Below, piece after piece: positions 11,401 to 19,628 of a stretch of DNA of 64,000 nucleotides (positions are counted from its first letter, which is position 1; each line of letters begins with the position of its first letter). The translations under genes were made by a program, and so were the position numbers. Source of the DNA: a virus (taxonomy: Duplodnaviria > Caudoviricetes); IMG/VR virus record IMGVR_UViG_3300033120_001005, positions 1-64,000 of that record; one strand, 5' to 3'. The notes beneath the pieces were generated by a model. It saw nothing but the letters and a program-made list of their open reading frames with translations. It did not search any database and was not told the origin of the DNA.

Positions 11401-13573
11401 ACATTGATTTACTGTATGCTGGTAATGTTTTGTATAAATATTGATTTACCCAATTTTTGTAACCATTGTTTTTTAATTTATTTGGAATACTTGGTTCGGT
11501 ATCTACACCAATTCCTTGAGTTGTTTTTACAAAAGAAATATTAGAATTTAAAGGTAAATCAGCGCGTAATTTATACTCTTCTGTAAAATTTGAAATAATC
11601 ATTCGATTATTTATTTGAGCTATGTGTTTTACATTTAAAGGTATTCTTTTTCTAATTGTAACTTCTGACAATTCAAAATTTCCTTCAACAACATTATTAG
11701 CTCCAGAATGCGTGCATGAAAATGAATATTTTTCTGTTTCACTTAATTTATTTTGATAAATACAGTTTACAATTTTTGAAGATGATCCTGAAATATATTC
11801 AATACTAAATACTCTTATGTAATTGTAACGTTTATCAATATTAGTAATTAAAACATTTATTGATTCAGTTGTTTTTGTTCCGGGTTCAGCGCCTCTGTAA
11901 GAACCATCTATTTCATCATTTGGCTTAGGATATGTTGCAGTTTTAATATCTGTTCCAACCAAACCCTCAACACCAAAATAAGATTGTCCTATCATTACAG
12001 GATTTGTATGTTGGCTTGCTCTAGTCCAAATAAAACCATCAATTGATAATTCAAAACAAAACTGATAAGCACCACATAATAATGAACCACCTGATTTTGA
12101 TACGCGATTAACATTAATTTCTCCAAAATTACAAGGCTTAAATAATCTTGTGTTTATTTCAATATCATTTGTAGGTATATCATTTAAATTTAAAAGTCGA
12201 ATGTGCCCTTTTCCTGAAGTCCAATATATACGCAAATTGTTTTCATTATCATATTTTGCAAAACCATTTATTTTACAATCTTCGTCAATATCAATAAATT
12301 CTTCTGTTTCTAACAAAGGAGTTACTTCTACTTTTTTATTTTCAGTATTAATTAAAACAATTAATGTGCTTTCATTTCCAATTGATAAAAACATAATACA
12401 TTTAAATTTATCAATTCCAATAGCACCATTTTGTCTATAAGCCATTGTTTTAAAATTTTGAGCTGCTTTGTATCTTTGAATCGTTAGACCATAACCAAAA
12501 CCTATAGGCTCCATTTCAATAATTAGTGGCTCTTCATCATTAGTTCTAATAAACTCAAACATTGGTGTAGATATTGGATCCGCTTCATCATCAACACTCA
12601 TTTTAAATACTGTTCCTTTTCCACCATTGTAGTTTCCATAAGGTATTGTTGTATAAACTATTCCACCAGAATATACAACATAGTTTTTTCCGTTTCTTGT
12701 ATTTCTACATAAACCATACGGATAATCATCGCTAAATGGATTTAAATTATAATCACTGCCCGGAATAGGGTATTCAGGTGCATTTGGATAACCTAAATTT
12801 TCATAAATAGAACCTAAACCAAAACCTATTCTATTTTTAGAAAAATAAAGTGGAGTTTCAGCTGTCATTCCTTTTTTGTTTTTTATGACAATATTTGATG
12901 TTTTATTTGATGCAATTGTAATTTGACAATATTTACTAATTCCATTTGTAGCATATACACCACGCGAACCATACAATCCATTACTAGTATTTACATTATC
13001 AATTTTTAAATTGTAATAATAGGCTAAAACATCATGCATTTTAGCCAATTTATCCGAGTAAGATATTAAATTAAATGTTGTTTCATCAGCCCATGCAGTC
13101 ACTCCTAATATTGACCAAGATATTTTTAAATCATATGCTGAAACATTTCCTGAACTATCTTTTACAACAATTTGTTTAATCAATAATTCAAAAGGTGGTG
13201 AAGTATTTTCTACATTACTAAAATCTGATTTATATGCTTGAAATTGTAAAACATATTCATAAGTTCCGGTTTGTGAATTACCTATTACTTGAGATATGTT
13301 TGTGTTTAATTTTTTAGCAAACATTCTATCATCAAACATATATACATTTGCTTTTGCTGCCAAAGCTGTACCAATAGAGCCATTTTTATTAGGAATACTA
13401 AATGTTTTTGTTACACCACTCATAGAAGTCCATGAAAACAAATTTTCTCCTATTTGAGCAACTCTACCATTAAAGTTGTCTGCCATTGCTCCTTTTTCAA
13501 TGTCAATATTAATTTGATTGACATCACTAACTATACCAGCAAATTTTTTTTGGTTTGTTTTATTTGATTCCAT
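8447..13573 (-). CDS. Tail muzzle/stabilisation protein (P22 gp10-like, crAss type), 1708 aa
   Basis: Large beta-rich protein with crAss-muzzle-like segments (GGSLLCGAYQFCFEL; AKSMYAWIYIDEYGNESEPS-type motif; NNHLLVQQQFGFRKY); follows the ring-protein genes. Confidence 0.7.
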   Translation of the reverse strand: MESNKTNQKKFAGIVSDVNQINIDIEKGAMADNFNGRVAQIGENLFSWTSMSGVTKTFSIPNKNGSIGTALAAKANVYMFDDRMFAKKLNTNISQVIGNSQTGTYEYVLQFQAYKSDFSNVENTSPPFELLIKQIVVKDSSGNVSAYDLKISWSILGVTAWADETTFNLISYSDKLAKMHDVLAYYYNLKIDNVNTSNGLYGSRGVYATNGISKYCQITIASNKTSNIVIKNKKGMTAETPLYFSKNRIGFGLGSIYENLGYPNAPEYPIPGSDYNLNPFSDDYPYGLCRNTRNGKNYVVYSGGIVYTTIPYGNYNGGKGTVFKMSVDDEADPISTPMFEFIRTNDEEPLIIEMEPIGFGYGLTIQRYKAAQNFKTMAYRQNGAIGIDKFKCIMFLSIGNESTLIVLINTENKKVEVTPLLETEEFIDIDEDCKINGFAKYDNENNLRIYWTSGKGHIRLLNLNDIPTNDIEINTRLFKPCNFGEINVNRVSKSGGSLLCGAYQFCFELSIDGFIWTRASQHTNPVMIGQSYFGVEGLVGTDIKTATYPKPNDEIDGSYRGAEPGTKTTESINVLITNIDKRYNYIRVFSIEYISGSSSKIVNCIYQNKLSETEKYSFSCTHSGANNVVEGNFELSEVTIRKRIPLNVKHIAQINNRMIISNFTEEYKLRADLPLNSNISFVKTTQGIGVDTEPSIPNKLKNNGYKNWVNQYLYKTLPAYSKSMYAWIYIDEYGNESEPSQPFELELDFRKLKNIKYNNNWSHPNGVINWNKFYLSAESWDLAIAKSNQQSLYSDEIEYETRKITGGYELYAYGLNIKVNNPTWPNWAKKAILVEKKQQLNNSYSPTEGFGILTQTGIKMAYLPDADGYNVYNNYNFKQGDKIRILNVSAYTIKGNALYNDPTTYFFCHNNNYINSNRFYFDIVSFKQQIYPKPSESGFKVGEDKMPDETINMRAFDISFNINNDIYNELLAAGGIPSDNLKGIVKFQIERENSSTNEDIEEYTKTNFEIDLTKRYNGNYKRAFIGNNYISTNHQIVTMRNNYFRTEYLNVTAGYYNFTKGFNPVIVNPLITKFNMAMADDSVFPFLRINPVINNFTAYGFKKINRDYAAENNLNNYKYISQEFLKPRSKFDNIIMYSNPTVIGRIYDSYVDINPINSLEVQSDFGQIIAVFYFNNHLLVQQQFGFRKYVIDSKEFVQTTNGTMITITSGNFISSVPLDLSTTFGSYYPGIKGEKGIYFVSSQHQIFCLATEKEIILLSVLTGFQNELSKFEIVEDTRNVWTFNDVILFKDKEENMIYLYIVSRKSYKILSISQPMIISKTLSQPKIGEKYSYLRNNTGTTVLQTILVTDISVNAVGYLIEFDVISEVPYKLDKLQILTLYLTDTKSPELYSFNENYDFLEYRSSNLRINQHLEKIFVDTQFGNQINIESSESEFHYDNVNTDLKVPMDSCLWNNLFYPNKNVVISENTTLNNLATNFVLSIPNGIPANQNYYLLSSNKEFHFLKGVKYTIQFNISFPSGGGMSSPQKLFFGPVYDVLKLNANPIGINDFLDAAYPASSVNEYSFIPHTSFIAPLSLLFVNNTNTYNGLIFCLKLLKFDYTEQFESYPVMYVTNGKSEMISYDNLILTVKEENVPNRIEIYSKEQEENLIISNPNTYGKLRLRQFQMAIPKLNTKERLRSTYFTIKFVYTFNKIKNVINSLESYIRTL

Positions 13574-13575
13574 TA

Positions 13576-14265
13576 TTAAACGTTATTAAAGTTGTTTTTA
13601 TTTCCAGTTTTTAAACTAGCAGGCACTTTACTTTCATAAATTTTACCTATATTAATTAATTCATCAAATGATGGAAAATCAACCGATGTTGTGGCGTTAA
13701 TTTCTTTTTCTTCTGCTTCTTTTCTAAATTCTCTTAACAATTCAACACCGCGGCCATTTGATTTAATTTTATTTTTCATTTGTTTATATTCCATACGTGC
13801 AATAATTGCATCTTGAAATTGTTCAGGAACATAAAGCTCACCATCTACTAAAGGAACTGTTTTATATTCCATAGTGTATTGTTTTCCATCAAGGTTATAT
13901 GTACCACCTATTACATTAAACATAATATAATCACCTACAAGTTTAGCTTGATATTTTGTGTCACTTCCTTTGGTAACATTACCTCTTAAATGTTTTTGCA
14001 TGCCATGAACATTTACAGCTTCTCCATCAACATTTAAATTCTCAAATTCACAATAATCTTCAGGTAAAACAATCATATTGTCTTTTATTTTACCAGTTGT
14101 TTCTAATAGTGTTTTGGTAGAATTTGTTTTTGAATAAAGGTCATTAGCAATTCTTTTAATTTGTCTTTCAATTATTGGAATTGCTGCTTCACCTTCAGCA
14201 AAATTATCAATATCATCTAAGTAACTATCAATTACAGTACTAATTGGAATAAATTTGTTTATCAT
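13576..14265 (-). CDS. Tail ring/tubular protein
   Basis: IVLPEDY...YKTVPLVDGELYVPE...DAIIARMEYK pattern; immediately upstream of the muzzle gene. Confidence 0.55.
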   Translation of the reverse strand: MINKFIPISTVIDSYLDDIDNFAEGEAAIPIIERQIKRIANDLYSKTNSTKTLLETTGKIKDNMIVLPEDYCEFENLNVDGEAVNVHGMQKHLRGNVTKGSDTKYQAKLVGDYIMFNVIGGTYNLDGKQYTMEYKTVPLVDGELYVPEQFQDAIIARMEYKQMKNKIKSNGRGVELLREFRKEAEEKEINATTSVDFPSFDELINIGKIYESKVPASLKTGNKNNFNNV

Positions 14266-14897
14266 AAATTTTTTATTTTTTTTGAATATTCGGAAATGTT
14301 TTCAAACCCTATGTCATACATCAAACTATTGCTGATCATATTGTAATAGATTTCATTTAAAAATGCTTTGTCTTTTATTTTTACTGAAAACCATTTTTTG
14401 TCAACAACGTTTAATAATCTGTTTTCAAAGAATTTTTTTTGCCATTGTAAAGTTATAATTTTTTTAGGCAAAATCTTATTGAACTTTTTGTAACGTTTTT
14501 TAATTACAGTGCTTTGAACCTTTATGATGCCTAAATAATGTGGAAGATTAACCACTTCACCACTAAATAATTTATTTTTTAAAACAAAAAAATAAACTCC
14601 TAATTCTTCCATAAATTCTGAAAATGACAAAACATTGCCATGGCCATATGTTAATACAGCGGGACAATGTTTAAGTAAATAGTTGTATAAAAATAATTCG
14701 TCTATTATTTGAATTACTTCTGTGGGCTTTTCTGTTGTAGAATTATACAGATAATGCGTTGGCTTATGCGCTGATTGGTGAGCGTATCTATTTGCGTAAA
14801 TAGCTGCTAATTGAAAATAAAGTTTTTTGTTATTTTCATTATTCCTGTTCTTGCATTTTTTGGACAGGAAAAGGTGGTATGGAATTGTTTGCTTCAT
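14262..14897 (-). CDS. IHF/HU-like protein of the crAss-type structural module (start uncertain)
   Basis: LFSGEVVNLPHYLGIIKV resembles the IHF/HU beta-arm motif; crAss-like phages carry IHF-like genes at this position. Alternative start at 14839 with a frameshift (see findings). Confidence 0.45.
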   Translation of the reverse strand: MKQTIPYHLFLSKKCKNRNNENNKKLYFQLAAIYANRYAHQSAHKPTHYLYNSTTEKPTEVIQIIDELFLYNYLLKHCPAVLTYGHGNVLSFSEFMEELGVYFFVLKNKLFSGEVVNLPHYLGIIKVQSTVIKKRYKKFNKILPKKIITLQWQKKFFENRLLNVVDKKWFSVKIKDKAFLNEIYYNMISNSLMYDIGFENISEYSKKIKNL

Positions 14898-15498
14898 CTA
14901 CAGTACCGTTTTTAAGTAATTTTATATCCAAATCCTGTACTATTTTTTTAATCAAATTTACTGTATTTCCAGAAACAGGAAAGTCAGTTGTTTTTTCGTC
15001 AAAATTTGGAAGTATTGTAGGATCAAATAAAATACATTCAAGAACAATTTCATTAATTGCATTCATTGAATATATTGTTAATTTGTTACCAACTCTATAA
15101 CAAATAGGTCTATTTTTATTACGATAAATGTTTTTTCTTAAAGTAGTTATGCGCGTTTTTTTTACCAATTCATAATACTCTAATTCGTTTGGGTCATTAC
15201 CAAGTCCTTTAACTCTTAAACCTAAATCATTTTTCAGATAAACAATTTTTGGCAATTCAACTGTGTATATTTTTTCCCCTGATATATTATCAAGGTTTTG
15301 TACTGTTAATGGATATTCAGAAAATATTTCAGGGTCAAATTCTTTTTTTGTTACAAAATCCATTTCAATTGCATTGGCTCTAGCGTCCAATACAATTTGA
15401 TTGAAAAATGATGAATTTAATTTTGAATCATCTGGCTTTGGTCCTTTAAACAACAATGTTGTTATTTCAGACCTTAATAACATTAAAGTAACTTTCAT
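14839..15498 (-). CDS. Putative neck/ring structural protein
   Basis: Synteny; IVLECILFDPT...DFPVSGNTVNLIKK resembles C-terminal motifs of crAss ring proteins. Confidence 0.5.
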   Translation of the reverse strand: MKVTLMLLRSEITTLLFKGPKPDDSKLNSSFFNQIVLDARANAIEMDFVTKKEFDPEIFSEYPLTVQNLDNISGEKIYTVELPKIVYLKNDLGLRVKGLGNDPNELEYYELVKKTRITTLRKNIYRNKNRPICYRVGNKLTIYSMNAINEIVLECILFDPTILPNFDEKTTDFPVSGNTVNLIKKIVQDLDIKLLKNGTVDEANNSIPPFPVQKMQEQE

Positions 15499-16142
15499 TA
15501 TCGTTTATTTGTTTCGTTTTCTTGGATTTTATATAATTCTATTAGGTTTGAACCACCACAGCTTAATTGAACTGCCATATGGCATATTTTATCATGTGTG
15601 CTATCTGGTAAATTGCAATCAATAGAATTATCTAAAGAAACAATATTTGGTTTTTTAACGTAATGTAATAAGAATTTATCTGGTACATTTTCTGAAATAA
15701 TGTATATTCTGTTTTCAAAAAATACAATTTTTACTTCATTGTTTGACGGTTGATTAAAAGCATCATCAATTAAACCAGTTATTTGATTGTAATCAATTGT
15801 TGTAATACTTGCTTTTTCTCCATTTATAACACAACTAGAAGAATAGTAAAATTCAAAGTCTTGATTTTTTACAAAATAACAACTTGCTAATTCAACCATG
15901 TCAGTAACATTTGCTGTTATAAAAGCAGTTACTTTTTGAGTTGTTATTATAGTTGAAATTTGGTCAAATGTTTTTTGACTTTCAACATTTGCATTTCTTT
16001 TTTTTGGATCTGGAATTGAACTAACTACAAATGCACTAATAGCGCTATTAAGAAACACATCAATTTCATCATGTTCATAATAAGGGGCTTTATACAAGTC
16101 CCTTAATATTTTAAATTGTTCGTGCATTTGTAGTATGTTCAT
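15498..16142 (-). CDS. Head-tail connector/ring protein
   Basis: MNILQMHEQF...EIDVFLNSA...HYVKKPNIV...CNLPDSTHDKICHMAV pattern typical of crAss ring proteins. Confidence 0.65.
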   Translation of the reverse strand: MNILQMHEQFKILRDLYKAPYYEHDEIDVFLNSAISAFVVSSIPDPKKRNANVESQKTFDQISTIITTQKVTAFITANVTDMVELASCYFVKNQDFEFYYSSSCVINGEKASITTIDYNQITGLIDDAFNQPSNNEVKIVFFENRIYIISENVPDKFLLHYVKKPNIVSLDNSIDCNLPDSTHDKICHMAVQLSCGGSNLIELYKIQENETNKR

Positions 16143-16145
16143 TGA

Positions 16146-16958
16146 TTACTTTTTAGTTAAACTTGATTTGATTAATTCAAAAATTTCTTCATTTTGTTTA
16201 CAGAAATGAACTGTTTGCTCAATGGTAATTCCCATTTGATAATCAGAAAACAAAAATACTCCTTTTTGCTCTTTAATTATTTTTTGGCTAATTGCTTTTT
16301 TAACAATCAAAATGATTGCTTTGTCTTGATCATTTTTAGCAGTGATAATTTTTTCAGGAGTATTCAATGCCATTTTACGCATGAAAGTTTTCTTTTCACT
16401 TAACGTTTTACTTGAAAGTCCTGTAATTCCTAACAATAATGCTAAGTCATACAATTCTTCTTCATTTAATTTTGATACGTAAGTTAAAGCTTCTTCAGCG
16501 TTATCTAATTCTGCTAATTCAAGTTCAGCTCTTAATTCCGGTATTTCAATTTTAAAATAAGGATTAGGGTAAGCATCTTTGGCTCCAACTGTAAAACGTG
16601 AAGCACAAGCAGCCGCAAACATAGCTTTACCAAGTGGTGTTTCTAAATTTAACAATGTTGTTACACTAACAATACTAAATCGCTTAAGTTCTGTTTTAGC
16701 CTCATTTTTATACGCTCCATAAACGTATTTTCCATTTTCCGACATACTAGATGGAAAATCAAATTTTTGCAGCTTACGCGATTCTTGTATGTAAATTAAA
16801 TAAGCAGTTTTTACTCCTTTTGGATAAATAAATTTTCCGTTTTCATCAAAACAAGATTGTACGTTAAATACCACATCTGCTTTAGTGTTAACTGTCATTG
16901 CTGACTGCAATAATGAATCATTTAATGAATCATCATATTCCTTTTGTTCTATTCCCAT
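16146..16958 (-). CDS. Conserved virion-module protein downstream of the MCP
   Basis: The track start (17003, TTG) lies inside a terminator; the in-frame ATG at 16958 (MGIEQKEY) is preferred. Confidence 0.55.
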   Translation of the reverse strand: MGIEQKEYDDSLNDSLLQSAMTVNTKADVVFNVQSCFDENGKFIYPKGVKTAYLIYIQESRKLQKFDFPSSMSENGKYVYGAYKNEAKTELKRFSIVSVTTLLNLETPLGKAMFAAACASRFTVGAKDAYPNPYFKIEIPELRAELELAELDNAEEALTYVSKLNEEELYDLALLLGITGLSSKTLSEKKTFMRKMALNTPEKIITAKNDQDKAIILIVKKAISQKIIKEQKGVFLFSDYQMGITIEQTVHFCKQNEEIFELIKSSLTKK

Positions 16959-16987
16959 TTTGTTGTTTGTTTGTGATTCAAATATAT

Positions 16988-17021
16988 AAAAAAAGCCCTG
17001 CAATTTGCAAGGCTTTTTTTT
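16988..17021. terminator. Rho-independent terminator after the MCP gene
   Basis: A-tract, AGCC/GGCT-closed stem, T-tract (aaaaaaagccctgcaatttgcaaggctttttttt). Confidence 0.8.
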
Positions 17022-17039
17022 ATAGGTTTAAATATGGAA

Positions 17040-18455
17040 TTATGATGTCCTAATCCATTGGCCGCAACCATAAGGATTTTTGATGATAATACCTGAATGA
17101 TTTAACCACTCTACATCAAATCCATCTGAGCTATTTGAAGCCAATGCCGATGGTGCAATGTTAAATGGATTAACCATACCCGGAATGTATTTTTTAATTA
17201 AAGCGCGATTACCTGATAAACCTTTTTTAGTGGCAATAGTAATATTACTTTCATTTTCAATTTGTCCCATGTTAACAAATATCATACGGCTTGATTCTAA
17301 TAAATCTCCATCACTATCTCTTTCAGAATGTAATGTATCATCATCAAATGTTGCAATACGTGTAAATGTTATGGTGTTTGTTGCAAATCTATAACCAGTA
17401 AAATTACCTCCTAAAGTAATTGGTTTTCCACTTGATAAATCACCTAAAGGAACAATAACATTACCAGTGTTCATAATTGAACTTTCAAAGGTATCATGGA
17501 ACATTCTTTCTGCTTTTGCACCACCAAAAACCATCCATTTGTTATTTTGAAAATCGGTTGATTTGGTAGTTAGATAACTTATGTAAGCAGCTAAATTTTG
17601 TCTGTTAAAATCAGAACTGTTATTGAAAGAGTAATCATTGATACCTTCAATTTGAGCAATTAAACCGTCACCTGCAATCATTGGTTTACCATCCATTGTA
17701 AATAATGGAGTACCATCTAATTTCATAGTGTTACGGCCGTACATTCTCCAGTTGTCAATTTGTTTAAAAAACTGTTCTTCAACTTCTGTTTCAGCTGTAA
17801 AATACCAAAGTTTACCGCCTTTTGCACTTTCAATCCAGGTAACATCACCAAGAACATCACCAGAAACGGTCATACCACGTCTGTGTTTTGAAAGGTAATT
17901 GATGTATTTATCAGGATATCCTAAGTTGCTGTAACCTTGTTTTGATTTTTCAACTTGTAAATTTGAATACAAGCTTAATTGACTTCCATTAGGAATATCA
18001 ACAGCAGTAATTACATCACGAGTACCAGTGTTTGTGTTTCCATTAATTGATTTCAATCTCACTACAAAAGGACCTGACCCTTGTACTTCACCATCAACAA
18101 TACACAATTTACCAGTTTTAGTTTTTACAACATCAAAAGGATTTAAGTAATTTTCGTTAATACGAACCTCAACATCAGAAGTATTAGCACCAGAAAGAAT
18201 TTCAACAGCAGTAGTTGGTTTGTTTTTTCTACCACGCATAAACCACTCATAGCGGTCAGCGCCCCACTCTTCATTTTTAAGGTCAAATGCTTTTACACGA
18301 CCTGTACCCTCAGTTAAATAGGTTAAACTATATTGAGGATATAATTGTATCATTTTCGCATGAATTTGCGGGAATTTTAAAGCATTTTCAACCAAGTTAT
18401 TTGATTGTAATGTTCCTTTACCATATTTTCCGGAGAACGTTTTTATTGCGCTCAT
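17040..18455 (-). CDS. Major capsid protein (crAss-like)
   Basis: 471 aa. Motifs GDGLIAQ, TLGGNFTGY, FDDD, GMVNPF and SGIIIKNP are collinear with the crAssphage MCP motifs as I recall them; follows the portal and scaffold genes. Confidence 0.85.
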   Translation of the reverse strand: MSAIKTFSGKYGKGTLQSNNLVENALKFPQIHAKMIQLYPQYSLTYLTEGTGRVKAFDLKNEEWGADRYEWFMRGRKNKPTTAVEILSGANTSDVEVRINENYLNPFDVVKTKTGKLCIVDGEVQGSGPFVVRLKSINGNTNTGTRDVITAVDIPNGSQLSLYSNLQVEKSKQGYSNLGYPDKYINYLSKHRRGMTVSGDVLGDVTWIESAKGGKLWYFTAETEVEEQFFKQIDNWRMYGRNTMKLDGTPLFTMDGKPMIAGDGLIAQIEGINDYSFNNSSDFNRQNLAAYISYLTTKSTDFQNNKWMVFGGAKAERMFHDTFESSIMNTGNVIVPLGDLSSGKPITLGGNFTGYRFATNTITFTRIATFDDDTLHSERDSDGDLLESSRMIFVNMGQIENESNITIATKKGLSGNRALIKKYIPGMVNPFNIAPSALASNSSDGFDVEWLNHSGIIIKNPYGCGQWIRTS

Positions 18456-18509
18456 AAATTTGTTATTTGGTTTTTAAATGTTAAAAAATAAATTAATTGT
18501 TTTGTTTAG

Positions 18510-19622
18510 TTAATCCCATTGATCAGGGTCAAAATCAGCATTGTTTTTGGTAGAATTATCATTACCTCTCATAGTAGCACTATTCTTTGAATTGGCTAAC
18601 ATATTGATGTGTTTGATTTTTTCTTCATTACTACCTTCTTGCGTTAAAATGTTTATAAAGGTCTTTTTGTTTTTAAGGAACCAAGCAATTTCGCCCATCA
18701 CTTTGTGATCACTAAGTGCTTTGTGTACCTCACCAGACGCAATATAATCAAATGTTTCTTTGACATCTTTATTGGAAAGAACAACTTTGCCTTCCATGAA
18801 ATTAGATTTATTAGTATGTAATGCAATTAACAAATCAGCTTTATTTTTCTCTTTTTGTTGTTCTTTGAGATTTTGAGCATCAATTATTTCTTGATTACGT
18901 TTTTTATAAAACTCTTCATTTTTAGCGTTTACAATATTACGAAAAGCTTTTGCTTCATCACCAAATTTATTTTCTAAAACTAAATCGTTTATTAAACTTT
19001 CGGCTTCTTCAATACTTTTTTTGTCCACTTCTGTAAACTTTGCCATAAGCAATTCTTTGTCAGTCATGTATTTTAAAGGCTCTAATGGACTAACAAATTT
19101 TTGAAAATAGTCAATTTCAGTGGCGCCTTTATTTTCAAGCAAATAAGATTTCATTTGCTTAATTTCCGGTAATTCAGATTCTGTAGCTAAAGTTTGAACT
19201 CTTGTAAGTTCATTTTTAACATCAACAAAAGTAATTTCTTCCGGTTTTTTTCCTGAAATGTTAAGCCCTAAATATGAAGCTATTTCAATTGGAGAATCAA
19301 ATTTTTCAGGTACAACAGGCGCTTGTTGTTGTTGTTGACCTGGATTTGCCAATGCTAATAATTCTTCATCAGTTAAATCATCACCATTACCTTCATCACC
19401 GTTTGGTTTGTCTTTGTTGTCAGGGTTTTGATTGTTATCAGAATTGTTTTGATTGTCCTTATTGGGATCATCATCATCTGAATTAGGATTTGGATTAATA
19501 GTATCGTCTTCATTTTCCACAAAATTATTAACAATCAAATTATCTTCTTCTAAAAAATCAGCAAGATTTGCTTGGTCCTCAGTAAATTTTTCAGGATTTA
19601 CAACTGTGTTTTCTGTTTTCAT
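18510..19622 (-). CDS. Putative scaffolding protein
   Basis: Acidic, low-complexity N/D-rich N-terminus and helical body; lies between the portal and MCP genes. Confidence 0.6.
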   Translation of the reverse strand: MKTENTVVNPEKFTEDQANLADFLEEDNLIVNNFVENEDDTINPNPNSDDDDPNKDNQNNSDNNQNPDNKDKPNGDEGNGDDLTDEELLALANPGQQQQQAPVVPEKFDSPIEIASYLGLNISGKKPEEITFVDVKNELTRVQTLATESELPEIKQMKSYLLENKGATEIDYFQKFVSPLEPLKYMTDKELLMAKFTEVDKKSIEEAESLINDLVLENKFGDEAKAFRNIVNAKNEEFYKKRNQEIIDAQNLKEQQKEKNKADLLIALHTNKSNFMEGKVVLSNKDVKETFDYIASGEVHKALSDHKVMGEIAWFLKNKKTFINILTQEGSNEEKIKHINMLANSKNSATMRGNDNSTKNNADFDPDQWD

Positions 19623-19628
19623 ATATGT

